DNA from: Podarcis vaucheri
Lineage: Eukaryota
DNA: 64,000 bases
Assembly: GCA_965113315.1 (NCBI GenBank)
Contig: OZ220366.1
Reading direction: 5' to 3' (one strand)
Positions 23,700 through 37,001 of the stretch are shown here, one piece after another. A model generated the notes under the pieces. It saw only the letters and a program-made list of their open reading frames with translations. It was not told the origin of the DNA and did no database searches. A program made the position numbers and the translations under genes. The stretch's first letter is position 1; the number at the start of each line of letters is the position of its first letter.

Positions 23700-24791
23700 A
23701 AGAGCATTTACAAATCGATTCCATAAATCTGTGAGGCAGGAGTACATAGGAGGCCAAATATATGACACCTTCCCTTTCCAGGCAATCAGGACTTATTTGC
23801 TATGTTCTGTCTCCACCATCAGATGCAGTATGTCTGAGCAACAGTTGCTTTGAATTACAGGTGGGGAGAGCGCTGTTGTACACAGATTTTGCTTACAGAC
23901 TTCCTATAGGAACCTGGTTGACAACTGCAAGAACAGGATGATGGGCTAGACACACTATTCTCCTGATCCAGAAGTGCTTCTCTTATGGCCAGTGATAGCC
24001 AATGGTTTGTAATCACTGATGTTGTTTATCAACCAACACTATATATTGGGTGTAAAGAGTTCTTTGTTTGATTTAGCATTGGACCTTTCTAAACCCCTTG
24101 GCTGGCCAGAGTGGTTGAGATCTGTGCAATGCTGCTTGTGGATGTGCTGAATTTCAACAGACCATTTTAGCTATGCAACTTGGTGAGCTTTCTCACCTCG
24201 AAAAAACGAAGACAAGGCCTTTGCAGTTGTAATAAAGAAGTTACATTAGATAAAGTTATTTTCAATGGCTCTTTCCAAAAGATTGAGAGTCAATTATGCC
24301 AGCAGGTTCATCTTCAGGACAGCAGCACAGATGGGTATATTGTACTTGTCAAGAAGATTTAAAGATGCAATGTCAGAGGTTAATCCCAAGGCCTTCTTTT
24401 CTCCCAGCAGGATATGAATAATTTCCATTGAATTCCATGGAGTTAGTTGTATTCTGTGGTCAGGCAATTCTGGCTCTCCAGCTTCCTTGTATAGTTACAG
24501 TAACAAAATCAGAATCATTCTTGTTAAATATATATCTGGCTACACCAGCAACGTAGAAATTAAACAGGAAGGAAATGTGGTGTTCGAAGTCAATTATTCT
24601 CACATGGACGGTTGAGACCCACCATGGGGAGACAGGAACTTTGCTAGAGAGTTGCCAGCAGATGACTGGGCAGCTGGTTGAAAAACACTAAGGGTCTCAG
24701 GGAGGACAACAACAGTGTCCCAAGCAAAGGAAATCTTCAGTATAGCTGAATACTTCAGTAGTTACCCACCATCAAGAAAGCTTGAAATCCT

Positions 24792-24985
24792 ACATAAGAG
24801 GAGGTTTCTGGATTATACCAATGGCCCATCTAGTGCAGCATCTTGTTCTCTCAGTGGCCAAAAAGATGCCTGTGGGATATCACTGAGCAGGACCTGAACA
24901 CAAGAGCTCAGCAACTAGTACTCAAAAGCATGACTGTCTCCATGCCTGGAGGCAGTAAATCACCATCATGGTTATTGGTAGCTCC
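24792..24985 (-). mobile_element. CR1 3'-UTR fragment
   Basis: acataagaggaggtttctggattataccaatggcccatctagtgcagcatcttgttctctcagtggcc; same family as ~62920 and 5706/7252. Confidence 0.7.
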
Positions 24986-25359
24986 TCTGAAGCACCATGT
25001 AAAGAAATTAGCACAGTCCAGTCCTGTTGTTACTTCAAACAGAATAGATTTGGTGGGTAGTATCAGGATTGGTACCACAGTATGAGGGAGGGGGCTTGTA
25101 ACTCTTCCCCACTTGCACTGTGGTTACAGCAAAAATCACTCCTCCACAGTGCTGTTATTTTCTCCAGGTGGGAAACTACTATGAATGCTGAATTGTTACC
25201 TTTAAAGAAGCAGCAAAATATAAATGCACAGCAGGAGCACTGGGTTAAAATCAGCCAATAAGCAGGGAAGTTACCAGAAGTTCACATAGTTTCTAATACG
25301 CTTGTTTGCCTAACATGTTGTTTCAGCTATTATGTGGTCCACCCACACACTTTCATTTA

Positions 25360-26300
25360 TTCATTTATATTCTAAAAGCCTTTTTGGTTTTGATATGAAA
25401 AAAATAAATTACACAGGATGCTTTTGTTTTCGTTCCTTACATGGGAGCTTCAGTACAATACAAAAACCACAATATCAACAGGCTAATTACAAAGCTGACA
25501 TAAACATTATTTATTTTTTAAAAGCAATGTCCTAACAGTGGCCATAACAAAGAACCTAACAAACCAGCATTGTAAAACTGATTTGAATGCAGCAAACCTT
25601 AAAAATCCTTCAGACAGTTAAAATTCTTTAGGACCACAGTATATTTACTCAAAGGCCTTCTAAATCAAATGAGCCTGCAGTATCTGCTTCAAGGCATCCC
25701 CTGCATTGCCCTTCAGAGGGAATTCCTTAATTGTGGGACCACTGCCACTTTTGTGTAACACTGACAGATCCTACTGAGGAGAGCCTCTGACCCTGATCTT
25801 CATAAGCATAGGCAGGCTGGTACAGGTGAAGATGATTTCTCAGATAACCTGGTTCCAAACTGCTTAGGGCTTTATAGGTTAAACAGCAACACCTTAAACT
25901 GGGCTAAGAAATATACTGACAACCAGTGCAATCCATATCATATTGGTGTTAACAGGCTTGATCATCCTGTTTCAACCAACAGAGTGGAGAACACTGTCCC
26001 ACTAGGACTTCTGAGTCTTCAGAGTAAAGGAGGACAATGCTGCCTCCTCGGGTTGGATAGGCACTGACCCAACAGGTTGCTCTTCCACAGAGCCTCTGAT
26101 TCAGTACATCCATGTTGGATTGTCTCTGAGGACAATTCATTTTTCCACTCCAAATCCCTAGCCACATCCCCTGCAGTTTGACCCCAGGGGCATGGCACAG
26201 GAGGAACAACAGGGTTGCACACACATTCATCCATTCCCTGGTGCAAGTCTATCTGCCATTCAGTGGAATAGATCAAAATCATCAGCATAATCCAAGATCA
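25360..26300 (-). mobile_element. Old, degenerate L2 LINE
   Basis: The reverse complement of 26279-26292 encodes DYADD (RT catalytic motif). cagataacctggttccaaactgcttagggctttataggttaa matches the L2 TYKAL-x-x-LGP-x-YL region. Many indels. Confidence 0.7.
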
Positions 26301-29300
26301 GCCGTTCTTCTAAAAAAAAAGAAGGTAGTTTATGCTGAATAAATTGTAGGTAATCTTAGTTTTCCTTCAGAATCTGAAACAGGCAGCTGCACCGAGGTTT
26401 TGATAATATTCATATATATTTAAATGCAGGGAATGAATGAATAAAAGGGTAGGAAAGGGTAGGTGATTGTTCAACTAATTATCCTATAGCCTTATCATTT
26501 CTTAACTCACACTGTAAAGGAGAATGATAAAAATAAACCTGTATATGGCTTCTACCTGCCAGCACACCAGAGTTCTTATTTCTTATTTTTTCCTTGCAGC
26601 TGACAAGGTTTTATAGTTATTTCCTTTCCACTTCGACATATCTTTTGAAAGCACACTCTCCGCAAAACTTCAGTAAGTTTCTGTTCTTTTATTTTCCAAG
26701 TTTTCAATTAGACAGGAATTCAAAATCCAGAAATGGTTAGATTCCCACTTATCGCTAACCCCAAGCTCAGCTTCAGCTAGCTGGAAATAGCTGGTGATTT
26801 TGTAGTCAAGCAATTTGTCTCATTTCCCCCCTTATTAAAAATGGTATGTCATATAAGTGAAAGGGAGAAAACTAAGCTCTGTCACTCTGAAGTTCAGATG
26901 TTTGATTCCAGCATTTAACTTGTCAATAGACTATTTTTAAGATGTTAGGGAGAGAATTGTTTAACTTCTCCATCTCAATGTCTCTTTTGAATCTTGTACT
27001 TTTATGGATATAAACACTTGGAACACATAAGCAGTTAAGACTCCACACTTTCAAGCAAAGGTAAGAAGTCCCCGGTGTTTACCTCTTCCGATTGTCAACA
27101 ACTAATAGCTTTTGGCTATCTCCTTTCATTTGAGCCAACTCCAATTCAGTCCCGATACTGATTATCAAAATGATCGGCTTTCTTTAAATTAGTACTGAGT
27201 GCCATGATTAAGGGTAGCCAATGTCTTTGACAAAAAGCAATATATCCTATTCAGAAAAGAATGCAGGCAATGTTATGAGTCAGTAATGTGGTCCTCCCAG
27301 GCACAGAATATTCAAAATCTGGATTCAAATCCCATCTCATGAATTCTGTAAATGGGACTTTTACGTAAATTGCATCCACTGCAGGACCAACCCAATGCTA
27401 GAACAGTGTGAGCCACAGATTTGCCAAGAGCTTTATAACTCTAACTGGAGTGTCCCTTGTATATGTATGCATCTTCATGATCAGAGACTGTTTTAAGGTA
27501 GCATGACTGGTGTGGTTGCCCTGGGTACTGCCCATGGTGTGCCAAAACAATGCTGTAGAATGGAGCGTTGTCGGGGAGGTTGCCAGATTTTAGCATCACA
27601 TGGGACACCACTAAAATTTGAGAGTCCAAAGCCTGCCACTGTCATGACGGGCTTCTGGTTGTCCTTGCTTAGAGAGTTTGCCTCTACTTTTAATTGTACT
27701 GCGTGAGACTATAACCACTGTGTACCTATGATAGAGCACTAGATTGAGCCACAGAGGCCTGCTTTCAGACTTGCTGTTCATAAATAGTTCTATCCTGTGA
27801 GCACTGTAGAGCAGGAGAAAAAATATGGCTTTTGTAGGAGTTAATCATTTGGAATTCAATTCCCTGCAAACAGTTAGGGCTCTTTGAACACGGTCAGCCT
27901 GCACTTGAAAAGTTGGCTGTGTGGTTGCATGCCATTGCAAATACTCTGGGAAATTAATTTTCTCTCGCCCCTGCTGAGAGTCTCTCTGCAGAAGCAGGAA
28001 CTGAAGCCACACATACACTAATGAATGAACACCATAAAGGCGTGTGAGGTTGGACAGCATATCACAGTCATGTAGTCTTCTGAACTCTGGTGGGCTCCCT
28101 GGGAGTTTTGTGGCAAAAAACCCTACACCCTGCCATTTCAGTCGGGAAAGGAAATGCCATATTTCTTCTTGTATCCGCTCTTGAATTTTTAAGCTTGATC
28201 AAAATACCTTTTGGATTCACTGAAGTCTCCTCGTCTGTCCCCTTGGAACAAAGTCGAACTTGGCTCCACTAAATTAATCGTGCCTAGTTCTGCAATAAAT
28301 CAGTATATAGGGAATTCTCTGCTATATTAGATAATGTAATAATACTAGTGCGATCTTGTCCCAGATTTATGCTTTCTACTGAAGAGGAGGGTTATGTCAC
28401 CCAGATCCAGAGTAGTGCCCACAGACTCCTTTTTCAAATGGCTAAACCCTACCACTCAGTTGTTCCACAGAATGGTGGAAACTGCAGCCCATTTCACCTT
28501 TCTGGTGGTTAATAGCCAAGATTATGTCTTTACACACACGGCCCTGGCCATACATCAGAGAAGAAAACCACACACACAGAACTTTATTGCATCTGCATCT
28601 AACAAGGGAGAAAATCAGTGAATGCAGCATTGTTAACTGGGCTGAAGTACCTGTTTACATTCAAACCAGGATTATTCTCATTGTTTGGCTAAGAATCATA
28701 ACTTGACACACTGCAAATGGTAAGAGAATTCAGGGGTTCCAGCGCGCACCTTGGGGGTTTGGTTTCCATGGAACAAAAGTCACGAGCCTGCTGGCATTTT
28801 GGGGCGATGTAAGGCTGATCATAAAATGTTCACAACATTGATTTCCCCACAGATCCTGCTCTCCCATTAGGTTTCCAGGTGGCTCTCAAGTACCTCAAGA
28901 GGCAGTGAGTCAGACCTCTTTGTCTCCAGTCCTCAAATTAAATGTTCTATTTCGGATACATGCCTTGATGACATCACCTCCAGGCAAGGAAAGGGGAGTG
29001 AAGCCATGCCCCCTTCGGCTCACCTTCCACACTCATCACTAGCTACAGTATTTTGTTTCTATATGTCAACACTATAGTCCAAGCTTGCAGCTACTTAAAT
29101 GACGTGCAAACTAGACTGACCATTTCAGTAGCCTCCTTTTTCTTTAGGCCCAAATCTTACAGCTATGAAATGGTAGCAATCAGTTACAGGGGTGTTCCAT
29201 TTAGTTATCCAGGCCTTAAACAAACCATTTGACCTGGGAAATACCTCTGTATTAATATACAAATACAATAATAGTAGAAAGAAACCTTATCTACTCAACA

Positions 29301-30938
29301 AAAATGGCCAATAGTGTTTTTTTGTTTTGTTTTGTTTTAGTGACAATATATTTTGTTATAACCCTGGCTTTGGGGGCAAACACCATTCCTTCTTGCCCAG
29401 TCGTCTTTAAATCTTTGTCCTCCCATAAACCTTTCCCCCCTCTATCCCCCCTCCCTATTTTGTTTTCTTAACTTCAGAACAAGTACACTAAGATAACCAT
29501 CACAAGCCAGGAAATAAAACTCCTGTTTAACATTCAGGGGCTGACAGAACATACTTCAAAGATCTGGCAAAACTACAGAGGGTTAAAGTGATTGTGCTTT
29601 AAGACAATGGAATTTACATGCTTCAGAGGTTTTCTTTCTCCTTATCTTGTCGGTGAGGAATTAATAAGTTAGAGGCATTCAGCTCAGAATGGTGGCTTGA
29701 TTGCATGCCTTTTATTAAGTAGCTGAGGCGTGAGGAGACTGTGGAGCTTGATAGATTTTCATACATGGTTCATTTTGAACCTGACTCCAGCTCTTCAATG
29801 TCCTTAAACCCCAAGTTATTAACTGTAATATGTACACACAAGCATTGCCTGTAGCCTGTATATGTTTTATTTCTACTAAAAACCAGCCTTTTCTGAAAAG
29901 GTCATTTCAAGGACCAGCCCTACCATTAGACAGAATGAGGTGGCCTCTTCAGGCCCCAATTGCTATGTCCCAACGTCCGCATGTTCAAAGTACATGCAAA
30001 AGAAATTCTACTTACATACCAATGTGCTCTTGTGTTGATCCTCCACATAGGATTGAGCCATAGTCCCTCATCACACAGAGGACCACCATACACTTACATT
30101 GGTACATGCGTGAAACATTTCTGACACATTCTGATTCCCTCAAACCTTCTTGCAACACATGGGGGGGGCGTTGTGTGAAAAATTCTAATAAAACCCAGAC
30201 TTGAATACAGACTCTGCTGCTCTGGGGAGTCTGGCATCATCTGCAAAAATATTGTGGTATGCTTTGCTGTTTGCTCATCCATGTCTGCATGCAAGATGGA
30301 TATTTCTGTTCTATATATATCTATGTACTCATACGCATCACACAGGGAGAACACACTTCCATAAAGATGGCATTCACTGTTATAGGCTGCATTACTAATG
30401 TCTGAATGGGTCATTCATCTTTGGTCAAGGCCTTTCAGTGTTTATTTACAGCCAAATGATCAGCCCAAGCCCTGCTGTTTCAATTTTCCACAGCTCTAAG
30501 AGCATGGCTATTTCTTTTAGGTTTCATATATTAATGACTCATAGGTTGGTAATGTCTCTCTGGCTCTTTAATGGCATAAAGAATTTGAGCATAGTGTTAT
30601 GCACATTTACACAGTTAGGGAAAACTGTGCAGGAGTATGCCTTGCTTAGCACCTAGATATCTATCATATTTATTTTCTTCTGCTCTCCTACAGGGTGAAT
30701 GCTTGTAGCTGTGCATTCTTGTTTAACAAGATACATGGGGAACATTGTTTGAATCCATGAAAAAACAAACAACAGCTTGATTGTGTTCAAAGAAGCACAT
30801 TTATAGGGAGAACACAGGTGGAAAACGCACTGCTGAGTAGCAGGAAAATCAATCTATATAGAACACAATACACTAACTCCCCCTCCCCATATTCATATTA
30901 GGACTATGGGGGAGAGTAATAACTTTCTAGAAATCTGT

Positions 30939-30968
30939 TGAATGAATGAATGAATGAATGAATGAATG
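30939..30968. repeat. (GAAT)n microsatellite
   Basis: Directly visible. Confidence 0.95.
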
Positions 30969-31322
30969 TGAGGCTAAGAGAGGGGTCTTGTCATCTGGAC
31001 AGCCTAGGACCTCCATACACACTGCCCAGGCTTGTGCCCCAGAGAAGTCACTTTGATGCTGCTAACATAGCTGTTTGACTTCATCCCTGGAGGCACACTC
31101 CATTTTCTTGAAACAGATGGATACCAATACTCACGCCATTTAGAGATGAAATTCACATTATTTATATCTCACCATGCGTTTCCTTCTTGATTTCTAGCAG
31201 ACACGTTTTAGATACCTGAGATAGTTTTAGAGTTATCCGTTCAGGTTTCTTAACCCAGACAAAAATTCTTTACATGGGCAGAAGCACCCAAGATGTATAC
31301 AGTACACATGCATTCAGTAAGG

Positions 31323-31453
31323 CAGGGATGGAGAAACCTGTGACTCTCCAGATGTTGCAAACTTCAACTCCCATCAGCCACAGCCAACATGGCCAATGGT
31401 CAGGAATGATTAGCATTGTAGTCCAACAGAGGGCCACAGGTTCCCTGTCTCTG
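31323..31453. mobile_element. ~130-bp hAT MITE (CAGGG TIR family)
   Basis: cagggatggagaaacctgtg...ccacaggttccctgtctctg; 8-bp TSD cagtaagg/cagtaaga. Relatives at ~5505-5570, 14521-14560, 44227-44367, 56930-57045, 59656-59786, 61015-61100. Confidence 0.85.
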
Positions 31454-33078
31454 CAGTAAGATCTTTATGCATATCTATACATTCTTTTCCCTTTCAAAGT
31501 CTGCCCTGTAGTATTTATAGACAATAGGTTTCTAGCAACAGTTTACACCAACACAGAATTCAGTACCCTATTATAAGAAATTTCTACAAGATAAAACTAG
31601 AATCCTAATGTATAATGGCAATATATATTGCATTAATTGCAAATACACTGCTATAACACTTTTGTTAATTGGAATTAGTTCACTTTTATCAATAAATGAG
31701 TCAATAAACTTTATGTGGCTGATGTAACAAGATGCTAGTACATAGATTCATTTAGGATAGGGGGAAACCCACAGGTATTTTGTTTATTTGGCAAATGCAG
31801 TTACAAAAGCGGCCTGTATAAGATGTCATTCAAGAATTAGTTCAGTATTCAAGTCCTCTGTAAGTGTGAGGTTTCTCCCCCCCAAAAAAAACCCCCCTCT
31901 TCAACTAAATAGTGAAAAGCTAAAAAATCATTGACTGGGTTTGCTCTCAGGGCACATAATTCCATTACATTTTCTTGCTTTTTGTCACTCAGAAGATTCT
32001 CTTTTGTGTTGGGCTTAATAGCAGACACACAAATTGTTCCAATCTTGCCTTTTTTCCCCAGCTCCACTTTTCACTTCAGCTATGACAGAGAGCTCAGAGT
32101 AGCAATACTTGATGGAAGGGGAAGACATGACTTGGAGATCATAACCCTGCCACGATGAGATTGGCCATTTATGCAAATTCAGTTAGAGCCATTTTTCATA
32201 CTTCTCTTCCTGTAGCATATCTAAACCAAGCATAGAGTGCCTCTTCAGAATGAGACACAATATTATTTGCCCCGGTGCATGCTTCCGGAATCAGTCCATC
32301 AAGGTACGACATAATTCACACTATGCTGAGCTATTTATGCAAATTCATGGGACAATGCGAAACAATATATTAGATTCTGAACCCACCCTTCCTCCAAAGA
32401 AGAGCAAGAAACAATAAAGCAATAAAATTATAGCTTTTTTAAAAAGAAAATAATTGATTATGGTATTAAGGGACTTTGGGATGTAAACTAGGTCATTGGC
32501 AGATGCCAAAAAAGCAGGGTTCCTAGCTTCTCAGCATTTCACCTGCCTATTTGATAGCATGTGTTTTGCCTCTGTTTCAAGTTACTTTGTTGGATAAACA
32601 AAATAGTTTGAGCAAGGAGTTGGGCTGCAACTCCACTGGCACAAATTTGCACATATGCAGGGCAAACAGCTGTAGTGAGGGGCCCTTCACTCATATAGTA
32701 GTTCTACATGTGATGGCTTGCAGCTCCTGGGGAAGTCTTCATGTATACAACTGAATGAATAAAGGACATTTGCGCTGCACCAGGTCAGGGTCAGGCCTGC
32801 TCTGCACAGCCCTGATGCTTGTTCTTGTGCTGCTCAACATGGGAACAAAGAACACCCAAGCAGGACCAGTGTTACCTCCATAACCCTTTTCAATTTTATT
32901 TTTATACTGTGTTATAAAAACATTTCACCTCATGCCCTTCTTAGATTCCCCACAGAAGCAATGCCCTCACAAAGGCCCAAATGACACTGCCTTTCCATTA
33001 AAGATTCTTCTTTTGCTGGAATTTGCATCTAAATTCACCTTCGTGTTCTGTTGTTTCTTCTGCTATGTGGCTGGTATC

Positions 33079-33327
33079 CAGGGGTGTAAAAGGGGAGTGG
33101 GTAGGTGCGGTCCATTCTGGGTTTCATCCCTGAGGGGTGTGTATAACAAAATTCCCCTGGGCAGATTGCCGTGCCACCCCCCTGGGCACCAATCACTGTG
33201 CCGATTGCCCCCAATGGGCGCCGATTGCTGCGCCGATTGCCCCCCTGGGCACCAATCGCTGCGCCGATTGCCACCTGGGTGGCTCACCCCACCCCTCTGG
33301 GGGCCCGAGCAGCTAGCTCCGCCGCTG
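33079..33327. mobile_element. GC-rich hAT MITE with an internal ~30-bp minisatellite
   Basis: Perfect 8-bp TSD ctggtatc (33071-33078, 33328-33335); ends CAGGGGTGTA / TCCGCCGCTG; internal repeats of ccccctgggcaccaatc(a/g)ctg(t/c)gccgattgc. Confidence 0.88.
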
Positions 33328-34642
33328 CTGGTATCATAATAATCTTTAACATTTTCAGGTCTTATCTGCACAGCACTTTGAAGTGTCAGATCACTTCAAA
33401 TACATAATCTAGTTGCAATCAGCCCAGAAAGGTCCGTCTCCCATATTGAGGATGGGGAAAAGCAGACTCAGAGAGCGTGCCTTGCTTAAGGCCAGCAGGT
33501 TGAGTTCATGGTGTAGGCAAGATTCAGTCCAGGGATTACTGTACCGTATTCTCTTAGCCACTATGCTGCATCAGCTGTCCACACAAGTGGTGTCTTAATC
33601 AAGTAGATTCTTGCAATAATCACACACTTCTTTTTCTAAGCCTCTGATTAGGCAAGGCGATTCATCTCTCTTTTGGCAAATGCAAAGTAACCCCCCGCCC
33701 AGTTCTTATTTCACAGGGAAATAGTATATTTAGGGAGGATGTGCAAATGCAAAGTGCAATTAAACATTTTCAAATATGGAGAAACCTCTTCAGCTGGCCT
33801 TTCCTTTAAACAATTGACAACACAAACAAATGGAGTGTTTCATTTACCAGACGCCAGCTGTCTATTGTGAATGGAATTGATGAGGCTGTGATGGCGCATG
33901 GTTGCATTGAAGAAATCTGCAAAGGAGAAGCAGCAGGAGGGAGCTCATCCTGCAGGTGCCTCTGTTGGGGGAATCTCTTTCCTCTTGATGTTTTACTGAT
34001 GTAATGTACAGCTGGTCAAAGAATGCCTTCAGGCTGTTTAAAAGTTTCTATAGGAAGTAGAATGCTTTGATGAAGTTGGTCCCAGAGTATTGCTAGGGAA
34101 AGCATCGCTAATTTCATCTGTCTTGTATTCCAGCTGATCATTCCAAGCACCATATTGTCATCACTATTTATTTCCCACCCACACCCCTCAAATTATTTGA
34201 AGTGTTTCACAGGCCAAAGACACTACAGGGTTTTCCATCTGTAAGCATTCTGTACTTTTTTGGGTGCAAATCAATACTGGAAGCCAAGTAAGAAATAACT
34301 GGGGAAGCTTTTAGATGGACCTCTGCAGGAAGAGAGAATTACTCCGCTAAGAACTTTTGTCTCGGTGTAAGACTCTTTGTGGTTATTTACACCCTTGTTA
34401 CATGGCATTACTAATTTTAAAAACAATGGAAAACATTATTTGAACTTCACTGAGAACCTGAAAACAATTGAAAGCAAAATGGATCTGTTTCCTGAATACT
34501 TGTTCAAGCTGCATTTTTCCTCCACTTAAAATTTTTCTTCACATTTGGATTCTACTCTTCCTTTGTTGAACTTAAAGTTACACACCAGGATTTGAACCAT
34601 GCCACTTAATCCTCAGAACAGTCTTGTAAAGTAGGTAGGAAG

Positions 34643-34808
34643 ATAGGAAGCTCCTTCAGACCATTGGTCCATCTGGCTACGCTAACTGGCAATGGCTGTC
34701 CAGGGTTTCAGGCAGAAGGCATTCCCTGCCGTATCTGAAGATGCTGGCAACTGAACCTGGGACCTTCTGAATACAAAACAGGAGCTCTACCACTTAGCTA
34801 CAGCCCTT
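34643..34808 (-). mobile_element. Squam3-like tRNA SINE
   Basis: ataggaagctcc...cagaccattggtccatct...gaacctgggaccttctg...agctctaccacttagctacagccc. Confidence 0.8.
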
Positions 34809-35744
34809 CCCCATATTGCTCCATGGGGACCATCCATAAAGTATGGCATGCAACAATGGGTGACAGGGGTAAAAAAAAAATAATGTGAGAAATGAGGCAT
34901 TGAGTATTTAGCAAAGCAAAATGTGACAAAGGAGAGAGGTATAAAAAGAGGAGGTTAAAATAAAAAATGTAACATACAATTTGGATTGTGTCATAGCAAG
35001 GCCATCCCTTCATTATACTTGCCACTATTTCATTTCACATGGCAATCTTAAGGAATTGAGTCTTTTAAAGAATCCTCTTTAGATGGCTCTGACATTCATA
35101 TCTGAAAAGATACGTTTATATTCCTGACTTCTAACACCCATGTTTTATTTTATTTTTTGCTCAGTAAAGGAAAACTTTTGTTAGAGCATAGACTATAGAA
35201 GAAACATAATAGCTTCAAAAGTTATAAGTAACTGAGAGAACAGACATTTTCCAGCAACTTCAGCTAGAACTGTCACAAGTGTTTCAAGTTTAAAAGTAAG
35301 AATTAATAAGAGTACATGCTTTCCCAAGTACTGTCTCTCTCCCAGGTGGTATCCTTTCTCTTTCACTAACACCCAACACATGGCACAATACATATTTTTC
35401 CTATTTCTAATACTTTTTCCATTTCCATTTCCTTGTTTCTAAAAGGCCATTTGAAAGAAAATGTTCTGGGTAGATGGGGGAAGCTGAGAAGAGAGTGTAA
35501 CATTCTGGGGATGTTTAGAAGCAGAAGCAAAACCTATTATGTTCTGGGGGGATATGGAAAAGGCAGAAATGCAAATCTGTCCCCATTTTCAGCTAGGGCT
35601 CTCCAAAGCCCTGAGGCAGGAAAGCTTTTAAGAATAACTTGCTGGAGCCAACTCCTGTTTAGCAAAGCTCTTAAGCAGATGGTTAACTTCATCAGTGTCA
35701 ACTGTTATGCTTAGGCAGCTATCCTGAGTGATCTTACTAGGACA

Positions 35745-35884
35745 CAGTGCTATTTTTCTAGAAAAAGAGGTGCCGGAACTCACCATGAACACCTCCTTCA
35801 TTCTCTTAGAATGGCCATGGTGACCACCTGAGAGGTGCTGGAACTGATTTCCAGTGGGTTTCGGCTGAAAAAAAACAAACCCTG
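35745..35884. mobile_element. hAT MITE (CAGTGCT/CAGGG ends)
   Basis: Perfect 8-bp TSD ctaggaca (35737-35744, 35885-35892); internal direct repeat gaggtgc(c/t)ggaact. Confidence 0.88.
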
Positions 35885-36111
35885 CTAGGACATTAGCTTG
35901 GGTACCACCACTTTCCACTGCTTTCATTCTCCCCAAAAGGTTTAGTTTCTCCCTTGTTCTTTTCAGCCGCTCTTCCACTTTAAGCACATATACACAAAAG
36001 ACAGAAACGCTGTTTTCAATGCAGCTGGATCAGATGTTTAAATATTGTTACATGCCACCCCAATCTCCACAAGTGGTGATTCTTCCAGAGGTTCCAGGCA
36101 GGGTCCCAGGG

Positions 36112-37001
36112 TTGTGTTTCCATTGGGAAGGCCAAGGAACAGTGGAGGCTAATGTCTTTAAGAAATATGGTTTATTGCACACATATTTATACCTGGAGGG
36201 GGCTTCAATGGAGGGGGTACAGAACGTTATACCCCAAGCCTATCTCTCATTGCCCCGCTCATAGCTTCAGCAAGGTTAGGCCCAAAGCAGTGATCAGTCA
36301 TGGCTCCTGATTCTTAGTGCCAAGTGCCAAGATGGTTCTGGTCTGCCCAGCAGTTCAGAGGTCTGCACTTTGTTCTCCTTCTTTTCCCCCAGCACACCTC
36401 TCTTCCAAAACCCCAAGCTTCCTCTCCATCACTGTGGAAAAGCCACTTCCGACGTAGAAAGGAGGTGGGGTAGCGGGCTTCACCCTCCCACCATGTGTGC
36501 AGGGGGCTGGCTCTCAGCCTCAGTGCAATTAAGGAAATCCCAGATTGCGTCATGGCCTGCTCCATTTAACGCAGAGGCAGCCTGGGATCTCCCTCTTTGC
36601 CACTTCCAGCTGTTATTGTCATGTAGATGGAAGGGGGGGAGGAAGTGCCATCACCTCCCCCGCATATTGAAGGGTAGTCCGATAAAGGATTCCGGGGGGG
36701 GGGGGCGTGGCCCTGTCCGAAGCCTATGGAGGTGAGGGCCTAAGGCACGCCCCCGAGTAGTGACCCCAGGGGAGTTCCTAGTTGATGTGCATCAGCAGGA
36801 CTCCCCCTACTGGTGGTTACCCCTTTCTGGACTTCAATCGAACAGGCTGAAGCCGGATAGTCGGTTAGGACCAATGCCTAAGCCAATACCGCTCATCACC
36901 TGTAACCAATAAAGTTGTGGCCATATTTAGCTCATTAACCTTAAATATCTGTGTCATGTGTCTTTATTTCCACTGGGGGGAGGCGGGAACTCGCCACGCA
37001 A
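36112..37001. mobile_element. GC-rich LTR-like or DIRS-like repeat unit(s)
   Basis: GC/CpG-rich block with an outward-facing AATAAA near each end (minus strand 36171-36176, plus strand 36908-36913); ends ttgtg...cgcaa. Confidence 0.5.

Noticed and set aside
32932-33407. Overlapping 78-135 aa ORFs with repeated peptides
   Set aside because: They result from the stop-poor GC-rich minisatellite inside a TSD-flanked MITE.
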